Source: Anaeroplasmataceae bacterium
GTDB lineage: Bacteria > Bacillota_I > Bacilli_A > Acholeplasmatales > Anaeroplasmataceae
Reading direction: 5' to 3'
DNA length: 64,000 nucleotides
NCBI GenBank assembly: GCA_051874255.1
Contig: JBJEFR010000113.1
Span: 421-64,420 of the forward strand
Every line of letters starts with the position of its first letter. Within the stretch, counting starts at the first letter, position 1. Made by a program: the position numbers and the translations under genes. Shown here in pieces: positions 25,022 to 36,588 of the stretch. The notes beneath the pieces were generated by a model. That model saw only the letters and a program-made list of their open reading frames with translations. It searched no databases and was not told the origin of the DNA.

Positions 25022-28000
25022 TCATTCTTCATCACTACCAAAAATACCTTTATAGGTAGCTAAAGCATTATAGCTCTCTGTTGTCTTAATTCCCCAATTA
25101 GAAGAATCAACATTCTCACCCTCAGTAATAACAATACTTAGGGAAATATTTTGAGTAATGATTGATGAATATGGAACAAACGCACCACTTTCAGATTTAC
25201 CTGGCTCTATGGAAGAATCAATTTGATTTTGCTTATCAGTATATGATGAAGCAACATAAGCACTTGGAATACTTACATAGAAATAGAAATATCCTTGTGG
25301 CAGAGTTTGAAGCTTATACCTTAATGTATACATCTTTAATCCATCGCTTGATAGACCTGCATATGTAGCATAAGCACTTATTTGCTTATATCCTACATAT
25401 TCATTAAGTCTATTATACATATTTTCATAAATTGTTAAGTATATATCCTCAAGAGTAAAATCTGCAGGAGTATATATTGTTACATTAAAGTAAACATTAT
25501 TTGTTGAATCAATTATTGAAATATGAAAATATCTAATGTTTCCAGCACCCTCTGTATCTCCATGTAATGCTGATTCACTCATTACAAGATATGAAACATA
25601 CCAGAAGTGTCCATCAAGTGGAGTACCTATATAATCCATATATAATGATTGATTCTTAGTAGGATCTCCAGCAAATGAAGCAACCTTATATCCATTAAAT
25701 CCAGCATATCCTTCTTCTGCTATGCTAGTTGTGTTAGTAGCCGTATATGTAGTAGGTAATGTAGATGTATATGTATATAGCTTAGCATCCTCATTAGTAC
25801 CATCATAATCTGTAGTATAAACAGCTTGCCATTCATAGTTAGCATTTAATTTAACTAAGAATACGCTAATTTCACCACTTGCGTTTTCAAATGGAACATA
25901 TAATAATGTTTCGCTAGCAATATGGCTAGATAAAATATTAGTATCATATGTTGTTTGTGAAGAACCATATGTAGTTAATTTGGTAATAGTAGTATATTGA
26001 TATATTTGAGCATAATCATTAATTTTAAATGTTGGAGCATAGTATGATAAATCAGAATCAGCAACAGTACCAATTGTATAATAATCAGTTATATCAGTAC
26101 TATCACTTCCGTTATTATATACTATTCCATCTGTACGAATATTAATTGATCTTGATGATGAATTAAATACATCTGAATATAATACATCATTACTACTATA
26201 ATAATTTGGATCTCCATCGGTATTTGGTATCAACGCTATCTCTGGAAGCATAACTGTTGCGGTATTACCAATAACAATAGATTGATCTAGGAAGGTAAGT
26301 TGTTTTAATAAAGCATCTCTTGAGAATAGCTTTTCAACAACAAGCTCTGGGAATTCATAATATCTTTCATATTCTTCTCCTTCCCAAATTCCTGTATTTT
26401 GATATGTATAAACAAATGTATAGATACCTGGCTCATTATTATCTGATACTGTAACAGTCATACCAGCATAAGTAACATTACTTGCAGCATCTGTTGATGA
26501 TTTATCTAAATTGATATCAAATATTACATTCTCACCTAATGTATAGAAATTTGATAATACATATTTAATTCTATATTGTGGTTCAATACCACGGTTGAAA
26601 GCTACACCAATCTTCATATCGTCTGCTAAAGACCAGCTATATGAACCACTAGTTTCTGTGCAAGTGTCATCGTCAAGAGAATATGTAAATGTACCACTGC
26701 TTAATGTTGAGACAACATTACCATCTGCATATAACGATGCATATGTTGATCCTTCGTCAAAGAATTGTGACTCTTTAAGAACATGAACATATTCCATAGT
26801 ACTTCCAGATTCTGAAGTAACATTGTATGTTACAGTATATGTCATTAATCCCTTTGTATCAATAGATTTTTCAGCATATATACTAACTATTGCGTTATCA
26901 GAAATTTCAAATTTATATAGATAGAATGATTCAGAGGTTAATAGTGTTAAATCATCACTATTATAAGCCATACCAAATGGAATAATACTTGTTACAATCT
27001 TATTACTATTAATAGTATCCTTTAAATCTTCACCATCAAAATAGAACTCAACAATAGCATTTTCAGTATTAGCATTTTTAACTGCTGTTACACTTGCGAT
27101 ATCGCCATATACATTAACAGTAAACACTACATCACCTTGTGGCATTGACTTATCAATGTCAATAACTATTGTAGCTATACCATTTTTAATAATTCCATTA
27201 TTCTTAGCATTTACATTAAACATCCATGTATTATTTTCACCATCACCATTTACAGTTACAAATTGCTTCATATCCATACCATTAGGTAATGATGCTGTAT
27301 ATGTTAAGGTAACAGTATCTCCACTATACTCAATAACAGCCTTATCAATAGTAAGTGTTGGTGAAGTAGCTTCAACTAAAATGAATATAACATCATAATC
27401 TGTATAAATAGTTGTATCCTCGGCATATATTCTTATAGCCTTACTTGCAGTTATAGTATTTCCATCAATAGTCTTATTACTTAATGATATTATAGTACTA
27501 TTATTTCCTACACTAGCATTATCTGCAAGTACAATTTTATTAATATCAACAGATGATACTGATTTTAAATAATCAAACATACTCGAAGATACATAATATG
27601 TAATTTGATTTTCAGTTATTTGCTCTGAAGAAGAGTTAATTATTATATCATTATATTCTAAATCCAATGTAAAAATTGAAGTTGATATTGATAACAATAA
27701 TTGCTTCATATTTACATAAAATTGATAATTAATTGAATCCTCAGTTCTATTATTAGGATTATCTTCTGTTCCACCACGCCAAGTAGATGATAATTCCTCT
27801 GTTAGTACATATTCACCTAATTCTTCATTAACATCATAGTATGTATCCATACTAGATAATTCTAGATTATCTGGAATGAATATACCATTTTTAATACCCT
27901 TACTTGAAGCAAGTGCATAAATACCATAACCATCAATATTAGATGTTAATCCTAAATGCTGCATAAGCTCAAGGAATTTGTCTGAGTCTATAGATGTATC

Positions 28001-31000
28001 TGAAGTAATAAATTGATAATATCCCTGTGATCCACCTGCAGGTGTATAAAGATTTAAAATTTCATAAATCTTTGTCTTAGTTAACTGATTTGCCTTTGAA
28101 TATGTTAAATAATCATTTCCAAGGTAAGCTGCCTCAGATAATAAGTAAACATTAGAATAATTTATTTGATCATTTATACTAATACTTATCATTTCTTTAG
28201 CAATTATCTTCTTTATTGCTTCACTATCAATAGAAAGTATTAAATCATCCATTGAACCAGTAAAAGCATTTAATAGTCTACCAAAGGCTCCGTTAATATC
28301 AGTATAATCTGCTATTGCAAATAAATTAACTAAATCCTTTAAATTACTAGTGAATATATCATTTTTGAATAAATAATATCCATCTGTGCTATCCTTCATA
28401 GTAGGGAATAATAATAGTATAGTTTCCTTTATTTCCTCATCTGTATATAAATTAAATGTATATGAAGTAAGCTTTGTATACTCTAATCCTGTATAAATTA
28501 AGTCAGTAGATTCACCATCATTATACTCAATGGTAGCTTTATCAACAGATACTATAAGCTTAGAATCAATATTTACTATTAATATTTCATCAACTGTAGC
28601 ATTATTTATAGCTACTGTATATGTTCCAGCTATTGGTAAATAATATGCATAATAATAAGGAGTATCTGTAGTAGTTCTTGTATAATTATCTAATGTTATA
28701 CTTCCCACGCCGGTTGCATGTACAAATACAATAGATGGCTCAGTAATTGTAAATGTTGTACTATTATTTACATTAATTAAGTTTGAAGCAATATAATTAC
28801 CATAAGCTGAAAGCTGTGGATAATAATCATTATAATTCTTTTCAATTTCATCTAAATCTGCAACCTGTGAAACACTTGTTATATCCACTCTAGTAAAGAT
28901 ATTTGCTTCAATTGGTGTTGTTGAAGCACCTAAATCTGCAGGACTTACCTCTGTTCCTGAAGAACAAATAAATACACATGTATGATTTTGATTTGATAAT
29001 CCTGTGATTGATAGGCTATTATCAGAAATTTCTTGAGTTGAAGCATCATCTAATATATAGCTTGCAATATTTGAAGGGCTACCTGTAATACTTGTACTAT
29101 TGTTATTAGCACTACTAAATAAATATTGTGTATATGTGATAGTATCTGTTCCGTAAGGAAGAGTATAGACAAGCATTATTTGAGATATTGTTCTACTTCC
29201 TGCTGAACCTCTAAATAACCAAGACTCTCCAGAATAGCTATCAATGGTTGCAGTTGTAATTGTATTACTACCAAATGATGTCGTTGTGGTTATATTGAAG
29301 TTTCCGGAAGCTGTTAATGTTAACTCTATTTTTGCTCCACTAGGAACGTTACTAAAGCTTAAAGATCCATAAGTATAAACCGTATTACTATCCCTTGTAT
29401 ATGTTTGAGTTGCCGTAACAGGTAATGTTTGTTCTTCTCCTGATTCAAATGAAACATTTGACCCTGTTCCTGAAGCATTTCCCATACGATATGTAACCTG
29501 TGGTAAATGGTAAATAGTTGGATAGAATAAATATTCAATTGTAGTACCCTCAGCTATTGTAACAGGATAGCTTCCTGCTTCAAGCTCCCAGCTATATTCT
29601 GCCGAGCTACTATTAGTATGACTTATTCCGTTTATTGAAACAGTTCCTGAATATTTAACCTGAACTATCGCATCAGCTTCTAGCTCAATAATATTCTTTT
29701 CATACATATTAACATTTGTTATAGCTGGCTTATTTGTTGTTGTAATAGGATATGTTTTATTACATTCTAATACCCATTGTGCTGTAATTTCTTCATTTTC
29801 TGCCGCAAGCTGTCTATTTCCATTTATAGTAATATTACCATTACTAAATGTTAATTCAAGAAGATAATACATTGAGCTTGTACCTGTTGTAATAGAGTTT
29901 ACTCCATATAATTCGCAATCAGATACGAGTCCACTACCAGATATTTCGATAGCAGTATTAGCTGGAATAATCCATGATGATATGCCTTGGGCTGAACCAA
30001 AATCATCAGATTCTTCGCCATTTACATATATTATTCCATTATGAGTAACCTCAAATTTATAAAAAATATAATCCGTACCAGTGATGCTTGCAATATCATC
30101 AACAGATAATATATATGTAAAGTCTAATTTAGATAGTATTTCAAATGCTTCTAAATCTACTTCCTTAACACTATTTATCATGCTTAGTATTTCAGCATTT
30201 GTTTTACCTATAGCCTTTAAATAATTAGCATATTCATATATAAAGTATGCTAAATCCTTATTTGATGCTGTATTTGTTCCAGTATCATTATCTACTGGAT
30301 TTAATAGCATTAATAATAGGGTTCTAAACAGCTCCTGATCGGTAGCCGCCGACATGGATAACAATTGCTTTGATGAATATACCTCATCCTTAATTAAATT
30401 ATCTAAATATTCCTTTAAAGTAACCGTATCAGATGTCATTATAGACTCTATGCTTGAAGTTTGCAATCCTGCAAATACGTCTTGAACTGAATTTTGTGCG
30501 AATAATGTATTATCAAGAGCACTAATTAACATTGAAGCTGAAGCGCTTTGAGAGGCTGTAAAATCATTAGTATTAGAGTACTCTGCCAAAGCCTTTAATA
30601 CAACCTTTTTACCAGCAGTTGTTGATAATATTTGAGTCATTAAAGCTGATATAATCGCCTTTTCATCTGCATCCTCTATATTACCTGATAATCCTTTTGT
30701 ACGTATACCATCAAGATTAACTAAATCAGATATTTGATAATATGTATATTGAGTAGTTTGTACTCCATTGTAGCTTGTACCTGAAATACTATCTCCACTC
30801 TTACTTGTCAAATAGCATCCAACAATGGTGTTTCCACTCTTCCATATATCTAATATACTCCATAATCCTGTTATCATAGAGGTTGTACAGTATGCCTTTA
30901 AATAATAATCTCTTAACGGATGGTTTTGAGTCCCAGAACCATTTAAATTAGAGAAACTTTGGTTTCTATTAGATGCCAAACTAATTGTTACACTTGACCC

Positions 31001-34000
31001 ATTATAGGTAATAGTTGTATTTGTTGCGCTAGTATCCTGATTTGTAGTTGGATAATAATTAGGCCTAAAATCAAAATAGTCTGTAACGTATGTACCTGTT
31101 GTGTAGTTTTTATATAAATAAGCATAACCATCATTGGCAGAGTTATCCAAAATATAATCTGAAACCCATTGGTTAGCTGAGTCTCCTCCTCCACCATAAT
31201 CATTCCAATAGAAAGGATAATAATTTTTATTAGTAGCTGTTGTGTTAGAAGCTAGTATCTTATCCTTTGTAATATTTTCATTAGTTGAAATGAACATTGG
31301 AACATAGTTTCTTTGAGTACTTGTAATTAAAGCAGCATTATAAATATCTCTTCCTAGATAATTTGTATCACTAATATTTACAGCAAAGGTATTTCCATTT
31401 GCCATAAATGGTCCATAATAATATGTTCCCTCATTAGCTACACTATCTGGTGTATAAATATATCTATTTTTGATTTGTGAGGATGCATTTGTAACACGAT
31501 ATACTCCTTCTGTGTTATTCAATCCGTTGGTTGTTCCTGAGGGCTCATCCTGTGATTGATAAGTATTATTATACTCTGTTGCCTTTGCAATCAAAGCACT
31601 ATATACAATCGAAGATGTTGGATCAGTAACATTTCTAAAATAATTTGTAGCAATATAGCTTTGTAATTCTGTATTATTTTTTACAATATTCCACAATTCT
31701 GTATAATCCTTAGAATATGAAATAGATGTACCATTTATATATGTACTTCCTGTGAGTTCTGTAAATGTATCATTTACTGTTGTATAGGTATTTTCTTCAA
31801 TAATATCTATAGTCTGATATTTTTGTAAGCTCTTATTTATTGCATTTCTATATGCTTCATTTGTTCCAATATTATTATATTGAATCAATAATGTATATAA
31901 TTCCTTAGCATCCTCTGGATGTGCAGTTAAATATGCTGAATATTTTAGTGAATCTGCAGCACTTGAGCTAGTAGATTCTAATAGCTTATTCATTACATCA
32001 TCACTTAGTCCGTCGATTAATAGCTCTATTACATTCATCTTTTTAGTAATGTAATAATCTCCTAATTCCTCACTAAACACAGGATCTAATAAGGTTAGAT
32101 CATTTTGCAATACTTCTAAATAATTTTCAAGAATTACCCCTAAATTATCTGAAGATGATAATATTTCATCTATCTTAGTTAAAATGTTCTTATAGTTTGA
32201 ATTATCTTCAGCAACTACCTTCGCAAGTAGCTCATCATATAATAATGCTTGTAATACATCGTAATAATCAGCATTAACACTATCATAATAATTAAGTATT
32301 GATGTTATAACACTCTGACGAATTGATGAGGTTATACTTGAATAATTAGTTTGGTCAAAGAAAACATAATTTAAAATATCTAATAAATCACTTGATAACT
32401 CGTTTGATTTTAATGCTTCTTCTATAAATGAATCTAATAAGGTAGTATCAATAGAATCTACCCAGGTTCTACTTGTAAACTCATCTGATATAATATCATT
32501 TGATGTTATAACACTATTAGTTTTATTAATTAATTCGCTTACACCTAGGATATTTCTAGCAAATGCCTCAGCTGCATCAGCATAAGCAATTGTTCTCCAG
32601 CCTATTAAATCAAGTAGATAAGTATTTACCTTATCAAATCTAACAAATTGGAAGAAATCTGCAATATAAGAATCGGTTATTATATTTTCATCGATTCCTA
32701 TTCCATCAATAGCTTTACGGAAAACAAATTCTTTACTAAATACTCCAATATTACCTAAATCATCTGATATTGTTGATAATGGAGCGTATTTTACACTTCC
32801 CTTACCAAAGGTATCAGTTGATCCATTAATAGTAATGAATGTAGATGTATCAACTGCTGTAGATGGTACATTTAATTCGCTTGCTGATATTGTTGATCCA
32901 TTAAAGAAGTTAATTAAGTATCTAATGTTAAAATTATTTCTACTGTTAAAATCAATGATACCAACCATCGCACCACAATATTGATATACATTTCTATCTG
33001 AATTATATTCTCCATATGTATAGTATCTTAAATTACTAACATCATCAAATGTTGGATAATAAATAGTAGCTTGATCATAATGGTGCTTCTCTAGGGCATA
33101 AATATTACCATAATTAATAGTATTGGCTAATGATACTGATACATTATCAAATCCACTTAAGCCTACTAATCCTATTAAAGAACCAGCAACCTCTGATGTG
33201 TAAATTGTACCATAATTAACAACGTTTACCGCATTACATATACCATTTGCAATAATACCTGAGGCTATTGCATGGGCACCTGCTATAGTAGGTGAGGTCA
33301 TACTTGTTGTACCATTAAAGCAAATAATTGTACCATAATTAATAGTGAAGGCTATTAATCCATTAATATTGCTAGAATCTGATGTATTAGTAGCTATAAT
33401 ACCTCCTACATTCATTGTTGTTGAATATGAATTAGACATATTAATAGCCTTTAATGTTCCATTATTAGCTGAATCTCTTATTTGCGAATAATTACCGCTA
33501 CTAACACATGCAATTCCACCAATAGAATATATTGATGAAGCTTTTTTAGAGAAGGCCTCTAATACTATATCTCCTAAATTGAAGGAATTAGATATAATTC
33601 CCGAATTCATGTAAGAAATACCACCCGCATAAATGCTTGCCATTAGATTATCACTTACTGATTGTGATCCATTAGTAGATAGGCTTGTATTAAGATTATC
33701 AGATGTAACTAAAATATCTCCATCATTAATTACAGTATCAAGAGTTCCCTTTAATGTATTATCGAAATCTCTATATAATGGATTTTGTTCATTTGTGCTA
33801 TTTACTGATAAATTTTCTTTACATATACCTGATATATATAAATTAGCTGTGAGAGTTGCTGTACCATATTTAATAGTAATATCACCACCATTAAATATTG
33901 AATAAGCATTACATCCATTTGAAAGGGTATTAAATACTCCATTTATACTAATATTAGTTGAACTATTATTAGGAGCATATGAAGAAAAATCAAATGTCAT

Positions 34001-36571
34001 ATTTCCTTCATTTCTAATATCTGTATAACTAATATATTCTCCATTAATTACTCCTGAATATATCATATCAGTAGCTGTTGTATTATTAGCTGACATAGTA
34101 TAATTTATATCTCTTAAATTATATACTGTTTCTAATTTTACATCATTTGTAGATGTCGCACCATTTACACTAACAACACCTGCATAATTTGGCGCAAATC
34201 TCATATTAATGCTTTGTGCGGCTAAAGCTGTGCTTTGCTTAGTTGTACTATTATTATATTTTTTAGTATATGATACATTATAAATACCATTTATTTCTGT
34301 CTTAAATCCGTTTTCTGAGTTAATATTAACTCCACTTGAATATACTAGACTTCTTGATATTGATTGTATATTAATACTTGCTCCATTTACTAATGAGGAT
34401 GCATAGTATATATAGTTTCCAGAACCATTCTTTAAGGATGATGCTACACCTGAGGTTTGAATATCAACATTTACTATTCCACAAACCATTGTTTTTAAAT
34501 TTGCAGCTCTATTATATACATAAACATTTATTTCACCTTGATTAGTAAAATAATTTACTTGTTCTGTTATTCCTAAATGTCTACCAATAACTCCTGAAAC
34601 ATATAGACTACTATAAGCTGGTGTAATTGAGGAATCACCTATCGAAATAGTTCCTTGATTTTCAAGCTTCTCACATTTTTTAGTATATCCAGCTCCAATA
34701 ACTCCACCTATTGCATAAGTCACACTATCAGTACCAAGATTAGAATTAATATTAACAGCTGATAGTATCTCATATACATTTCCAAGTGATGATTCAATAT
34801 ATCCAATAGCTCCACCAATCGCAATTCCCTTCATATATGATGAGGTTGCCCCAATTACTGTTGAATCGACCTCATCTAAGGTTATATTTCCTGATGCAGT
34901 TGAATTTCTAATAGTTCCATTACCACCAAGAATACCAGTGATACCACCAATGTAATATTCACCTAAATAATCAGCATTTAAAACATTAAGGTATACATTA
35001 ACATTATCAATTGTACCACCCTCAACATATCCTGATAATGCTCCGATTGCCTTAATATTTGCATTTGATGTGCTATTGTCAGCATCAGTTAAATTCATAT
35101 TTGCAGGTATAACATTTAAATTTGATATTGTACCTGTAACATAATTGAACATACCATAGCAATCTACTCCAGTAGTTGTTACTACTCTTGTAGTATTCAT
35201 TACATCGGCATTATAAATAGTCGGATACTTTGAATTAGATGTTGTACTTAATATTGGGCTACCAGCTGCTTGCTCTTTACCTGTAATTGTGGCACCAATT
35301 GCCTTATTATAGGTATAAGCAGTTGCTGGAACAGATAATAAATTAATATCTGATGTAATTTCATATGTAATAGCATTTGAAGCCATAAAATCATCAATAT
35401 TAAATAATTCATACATGTATAAGAAATCTTTTATATTATTTATTTCAAATTTATTACTATTATTTGTATAGCTAATTCCTCTTCTTATAGCAAATTCAAG
35501 TCCTATATGTTTACTTAAATTTCCATATGAATCTGGTGTATACCATCCTGCTAGAGTTTTGTATGCATCAATTAGATCATCTTTAGAGCTAGCATATGTT
35601 CCTTGATAATTAGTTCTTACAACTGATTGGAAGCCAGATTCTAATACATATGAAAACTCCCCGTTTGCCACATTAGAATTAGCATCATCAATTGTTGCAT
35701 TATAAAAATAACAATTTGTAATATTAGAGCTAGCGGTTACGTCTAGGGCTATTTCACTCCATTCAATCGCATCAGTAATTGAATAGTTTAATAAAGTTGA
35801 ACAAATTATATAATCTTCTATCATATTTCCAGAATTAGTATGTACTAATCCTGCAATACGATATCCACCTGCTGCAACTATACCTGACTCTTCCTCTTGG
35901 GCATTACCTAAGTCAACAACAAATGAATAAGATACAGTTCCCTTATTATTTCCTACTAAAAATGATACTCCACCATTTTCTCTTAGCTTTGTAAGTGGAT
36001 AAGCTACAGTTGCTGTAGGCTCAACAAGACCTAAGTTAGTTATAGTTCCACTATTAACTGAAAACATTGCATAATATGTCATATTAGCATAGGTATCGTA
36101 ATTATTACCCGCTATATTTAATAATGATAATGATTTAATTTCATATCCATTACCATTAAATGTTCCACTAAATTCTCCAGAAGCCCAGGCAATAGGTATA
36201 AAGTCTCCTACACCATCATAATCAATATTACACATTAGCTCATAATTATATGTTAAGAACTGTGAATATGAATTAGCATACACTGAAAAAGCATATAGCT
36301 CCTCGGCTGTTCTAATAGTAATAATCTTACTACTATATGATACATCTGGACTAGCAATCGCATCAGTCATTGATATATATGATACATTAGTTCCAGCATC
36401 TGATGAAACAATTTGAGCCTGATCACTATTATAATATGATGAGCTAGGAACAAGCTTAGTATTAACTTTTTTATTATTAGGCACAAATAATAAAGAAACT
36501 ATCACAACTATAACAGATAAAAACGTTAAAAGTAATGAAATCTTTATTATAATTGACTTTTTAGTTTTCAT
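25022..36571 (-). CDS. 3849-aa giant surface protein with an N-terminal signal anchor, a GLUG-like repeat beta-solenoid region, and alternating helical and beta-rich modules
   Basis: Single uninterrupted 11.5-kb ORF with N-terminal KKSIIIKISLLLTFLSVIVVIVSLLF. Many GLUG-like units in the first ~1100 aa (YIGGITGILGGNGTIRNSTASGNI, AIGGVIGAGY, SIGGIACVSSGN, NVGGIIATN). No LPXTG or choline-binding motif was seen. Confidence 0.7.
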   Translation of the reverse strand: MKTKKSIIIKISLLLTFLSVIVVIVSLLFVPNNKKVNTKLVPSSSYYNSDQAQIVSSDAGTNVSYISMTDAIASPDVSYSSKIITIRTAEELYAFSVYANSYSQFLTYNYELMCNIDYDGVGDFIPIAWASGEFSGTFNGNGYEIKSLSLLNIAGNNYDTYANMTYYAMFSVNSGTITNLGLVEPTATVAYPLTKLRENGGVSFLVGNNKGTVSYSFVVDLGNAQEEESGIVAAGGYRIAGLVHTNSGNMIEDYIICSTLLNYSITDAIEWSEIALDVTASSNITNCYFYNATIDDANSNVANGEFSYVLESGFQSVVRTNYQGTYASSKDDLIDAYKTLAGWYTPDSYGNLSKHIGLEFAIRRGISYTNNSNKFEINNIKDFLYMYELFNIDDFMASNAITYEITSDINLLSVPATAYTYNKAIGATITGKEQAAGSPILSTTSNSKYPTIYNADVMNTTRVVTTTGVDCYGMFNYVTGTISNLNVIPANMNLTDADNSTSNANIKAIGALSGYVEGGTIDNVNVYLNVLNADYLGEYYIGGITGILGGNGTIRNSTASGNITLDEVDSTVIGATSSYMKGIAIGGAIGYIESSLGNVYEILSAVNINSNLGTDSVTYAIGGVIGAGYTKKCEKLENQGTISIGDSSITPAYSSLYVSGVIGRHLGITEQVNYFTNQGEINVYVYNRAANLKTMVCGIVNVDIQTSGVASSLKNGSGNYIYYASSLVNGASINIQSISRSLVYSSGVNINSENGFKTEINGIYNVSYTKKYNNSTTKQSTALAAQSINMRFAPNYAGVVSVNGATSTNDVKLETVYNLRDINYTMSANNTTATDMIYSGVINGEYISYTDIRNEGNMTFDFSSYAPNNSSTNISINGVFNTLSNGCNAYSIFNGGDITIKYGTATLTANLYISGICKENLSVNSTNEQNPLYRDFDNTLKGTLDTVINDGDILVTSDNLNTSLSTNGSQSVSDNLMASIYAGGISYMNSGIISNSFNLGDIVLEAFSKKASSIYSIGGIACVSSGNYSQIRDSANNGTLKAINMSNSYSTTMNVGGIIATNTSDSSNINGLIAFTINYGTIICFNGTTSMTSPTIAGAHAIASGIIANGICNAVNVVNYGTIYTSEVAGSLIGLVGLSGFDNVSVSLANTINYGNIYALEKHHYDQATIYYPTFDDVSNLRYYTYGEYNSDRNVYQYCGAMVGIIDFNSRNNFNIRYLINFFNGSTISASELNVPSTAVDTSTFITINGSTDTFGKGSVKYAPLSTISDDLGNIGVFSKEFVFRKAIDGIGIDENIITDSYIADFFQFVRFDKVNTYLLDLIGWRTIAYADAAEAFARNILGVSELINKTNSVITSNDIISDEFTSRTWVDSIDTTLLDSFIEEALKSNELSSDLLDILNYVFFDQTNYSSITSSIRQSVITSILNYYDSVNADYYDVLQALLYDELLAKVVAEDNSNYKNILTKIDEILSSSDNLGVILENYLEVLQNDLTLLDPVFSEELGDYYITKKMNVIELLIDGLSDDVMNKLLESTSSSAADSLKYSAYLTAHPEDAKELYTLLIQYNNIGTNEAYRNAINKSLQKYQTIDIIEENTYTTVNDTFTELTGSTYINGTSISYSKDYTELWNIVKNNTELQSYIATNYFRNVTDPTSSIVYSALIAKATEYNNTYQSQDEPSGTTNGLNNTEGVYRVTNASSQIKNRYIYTPDSVANEGTYYYGPFMANGNTFAVNISDTNYLGRDIYNAALITSTQRNYVPMFISTNENITKDKILASNTTATNKNYYPFYWNDYGGGGDSANQWVSDYILDNSANDGYAYLYKNYTTGTYVTDYFDFRPNYYPTTNQDTSATNTTITYNGSSVTISLASNRNQSFSNLNGSGTQNHPLRDYYLKAYCTTSMITGLWSILDIWKSGNTIVGCYLTSKSGDSISGTSYNGVQTTQYTYYQISDLVNLDGIRTKGLSGNIEDADEKAIISALMTQILSTTAGKKVVLKALAEYSNTNDFTASQSASASMLISALDNTLFAQNSVQDVFAGLQTSSIESIMTSDTVTLKEYLDNLIKDEVYSSKQLLSMSAATDQELFRTLLLMLLNPVDNDTGTNTASNKDLAYFIYEYANYLKAIGKTNAEILSMINSVKEVDLEAFEILSKLDFTYILSVDDIASITGTDYIFYKFEVTHNGIIYVNGEESDDFGSAQGISSWIIPANTAIEISGSGLVSDCELYGVNSITTGTSSMYYLLELTFSNGNITINGNRQLAAENEEITAQWVLECNKTYPITTTNKPAITNVNMYEKNIIELEADAIVQVKYSGTVSINGISHTNSSSAEYSWELEAGSYPVTIAEGTTIEYLFYPTIYHLPQVTYRMGNASGTGSNVSFESGEEQTLPVTATQTYTRDSNTVYTYGSLSFSNVPSGAKIELTLTASGNFNITTTTSFGSNTITTATIDSYSGESWLFRGSAGSRTISQIMLVYTLPYGTDTITYTQYLFSSANNNSTSITGSPSNIASYILDDASTQEISDNSLSITGLSNQNHTCVFICSSGTEVSPADLGASTTPIEANIFTRVDITSVSQVADLDEIEKNYNDYYPQLSAYGNYIASNLINVNNSTTFTITEPSIVFVHATGVGSITLDNYTRTTTDTPYYYAYYLPIAGTYTVAINNATVDEILIVNIDSKLIVSVDKATIEYNDGESTDLIYTGLEYTKLTSYTFNLYTDEEIKETILLLFPTMKDSTDGYYLFKNDIFTSNLKDLVNLFAIADYTDINGAFGRLLNAFTGSMDDLILSIDSEAIKKIIAKEMISISINDQINYSNVYLLSEAAYLGNDYLTYSKANQLTKTKIYEILNLYTPAGGSQGYYQFITSDTSIDSDKFLELMQHLGLTSNIDGYGIYALASSKGIKNGIFIPDNLELSSMDTYYDVNEELGEYVLTEELSSTWRGGTEDNPNNRTEDSINYQFYVNMKQLLLSISTSIFTLDLEYNDIIINSSSEQITENQITYYVSSSMFDYLKSVSSVDINKIVLADNASVGNNSTIISLSNKTIDGNTITASKAIRIYAEDTTIYTDYDVIFILVEATSPTLTIDKAVIEYSGDTVTLTYTASLPNGMDMKQFVTVNGDGENNTWMFNVNAKNNGIIKNGIATIVIDIDKSMPQGDVVFTVNVYGDIASVTAVKNANTENAIVEFYFDGEDLKDTINSNKIVTSIIPFGMAYNSDDLTLLTSESFYLYKFEISDNAIVSIYAEKSIDTKGLMTYTVTYNVTSESGSTMEYVHVLKESQFFDEGSTYASLYADGNVVSTLSSGTFTYSLDDDTCTETSGSYSWSLADDMKIGVAFNRGIEPQYRIKYVLSNFYTLGENVIFDINLDKSSTDAASNVTYAGMTVTVSDNNEPGIYTFVYTYQNTGIWEGEEYERYYEFPELVVEKLFSRDALLKQLTFLDQSIVIGNTATVMLPEIALIPNTDGDPNYYSSNDVLYSDVFNSSSRSINIRTDGIVYNNGSDSTDITDYYTIGTVADSDLSYYAPTFKINDYAQIYQYTTITKLTTYGSSQTTYDTNILSSHIASETLLYVPFENASGEISVFLVKLNANYEWQAVYTTDYDGTNEDAKLYTYTSTLPTTYTATNTTSIAEEGYAGFNGYKVASFAGDPTKNQSLYMDYIGTPLDGHFWYVSYLVMSESALHGDTEGAGNIRYFHISIIDSTNNVYFNVTIYTPADFTLEDIYLTIYENMYNRLNEYVGYKQISAYATYAGLSSDGLKMYTLRYKLQTLPQGYFYFYVSIPSAYVASSYTDKQNQIDSSIEPGKSESGAFVPYSSIITQNISLSIVITEGENVDSSNWGIKTTESYNALATYKGIFGSDEE

Positions 36572-36588
36572 AACATGCCCCTCCCATC

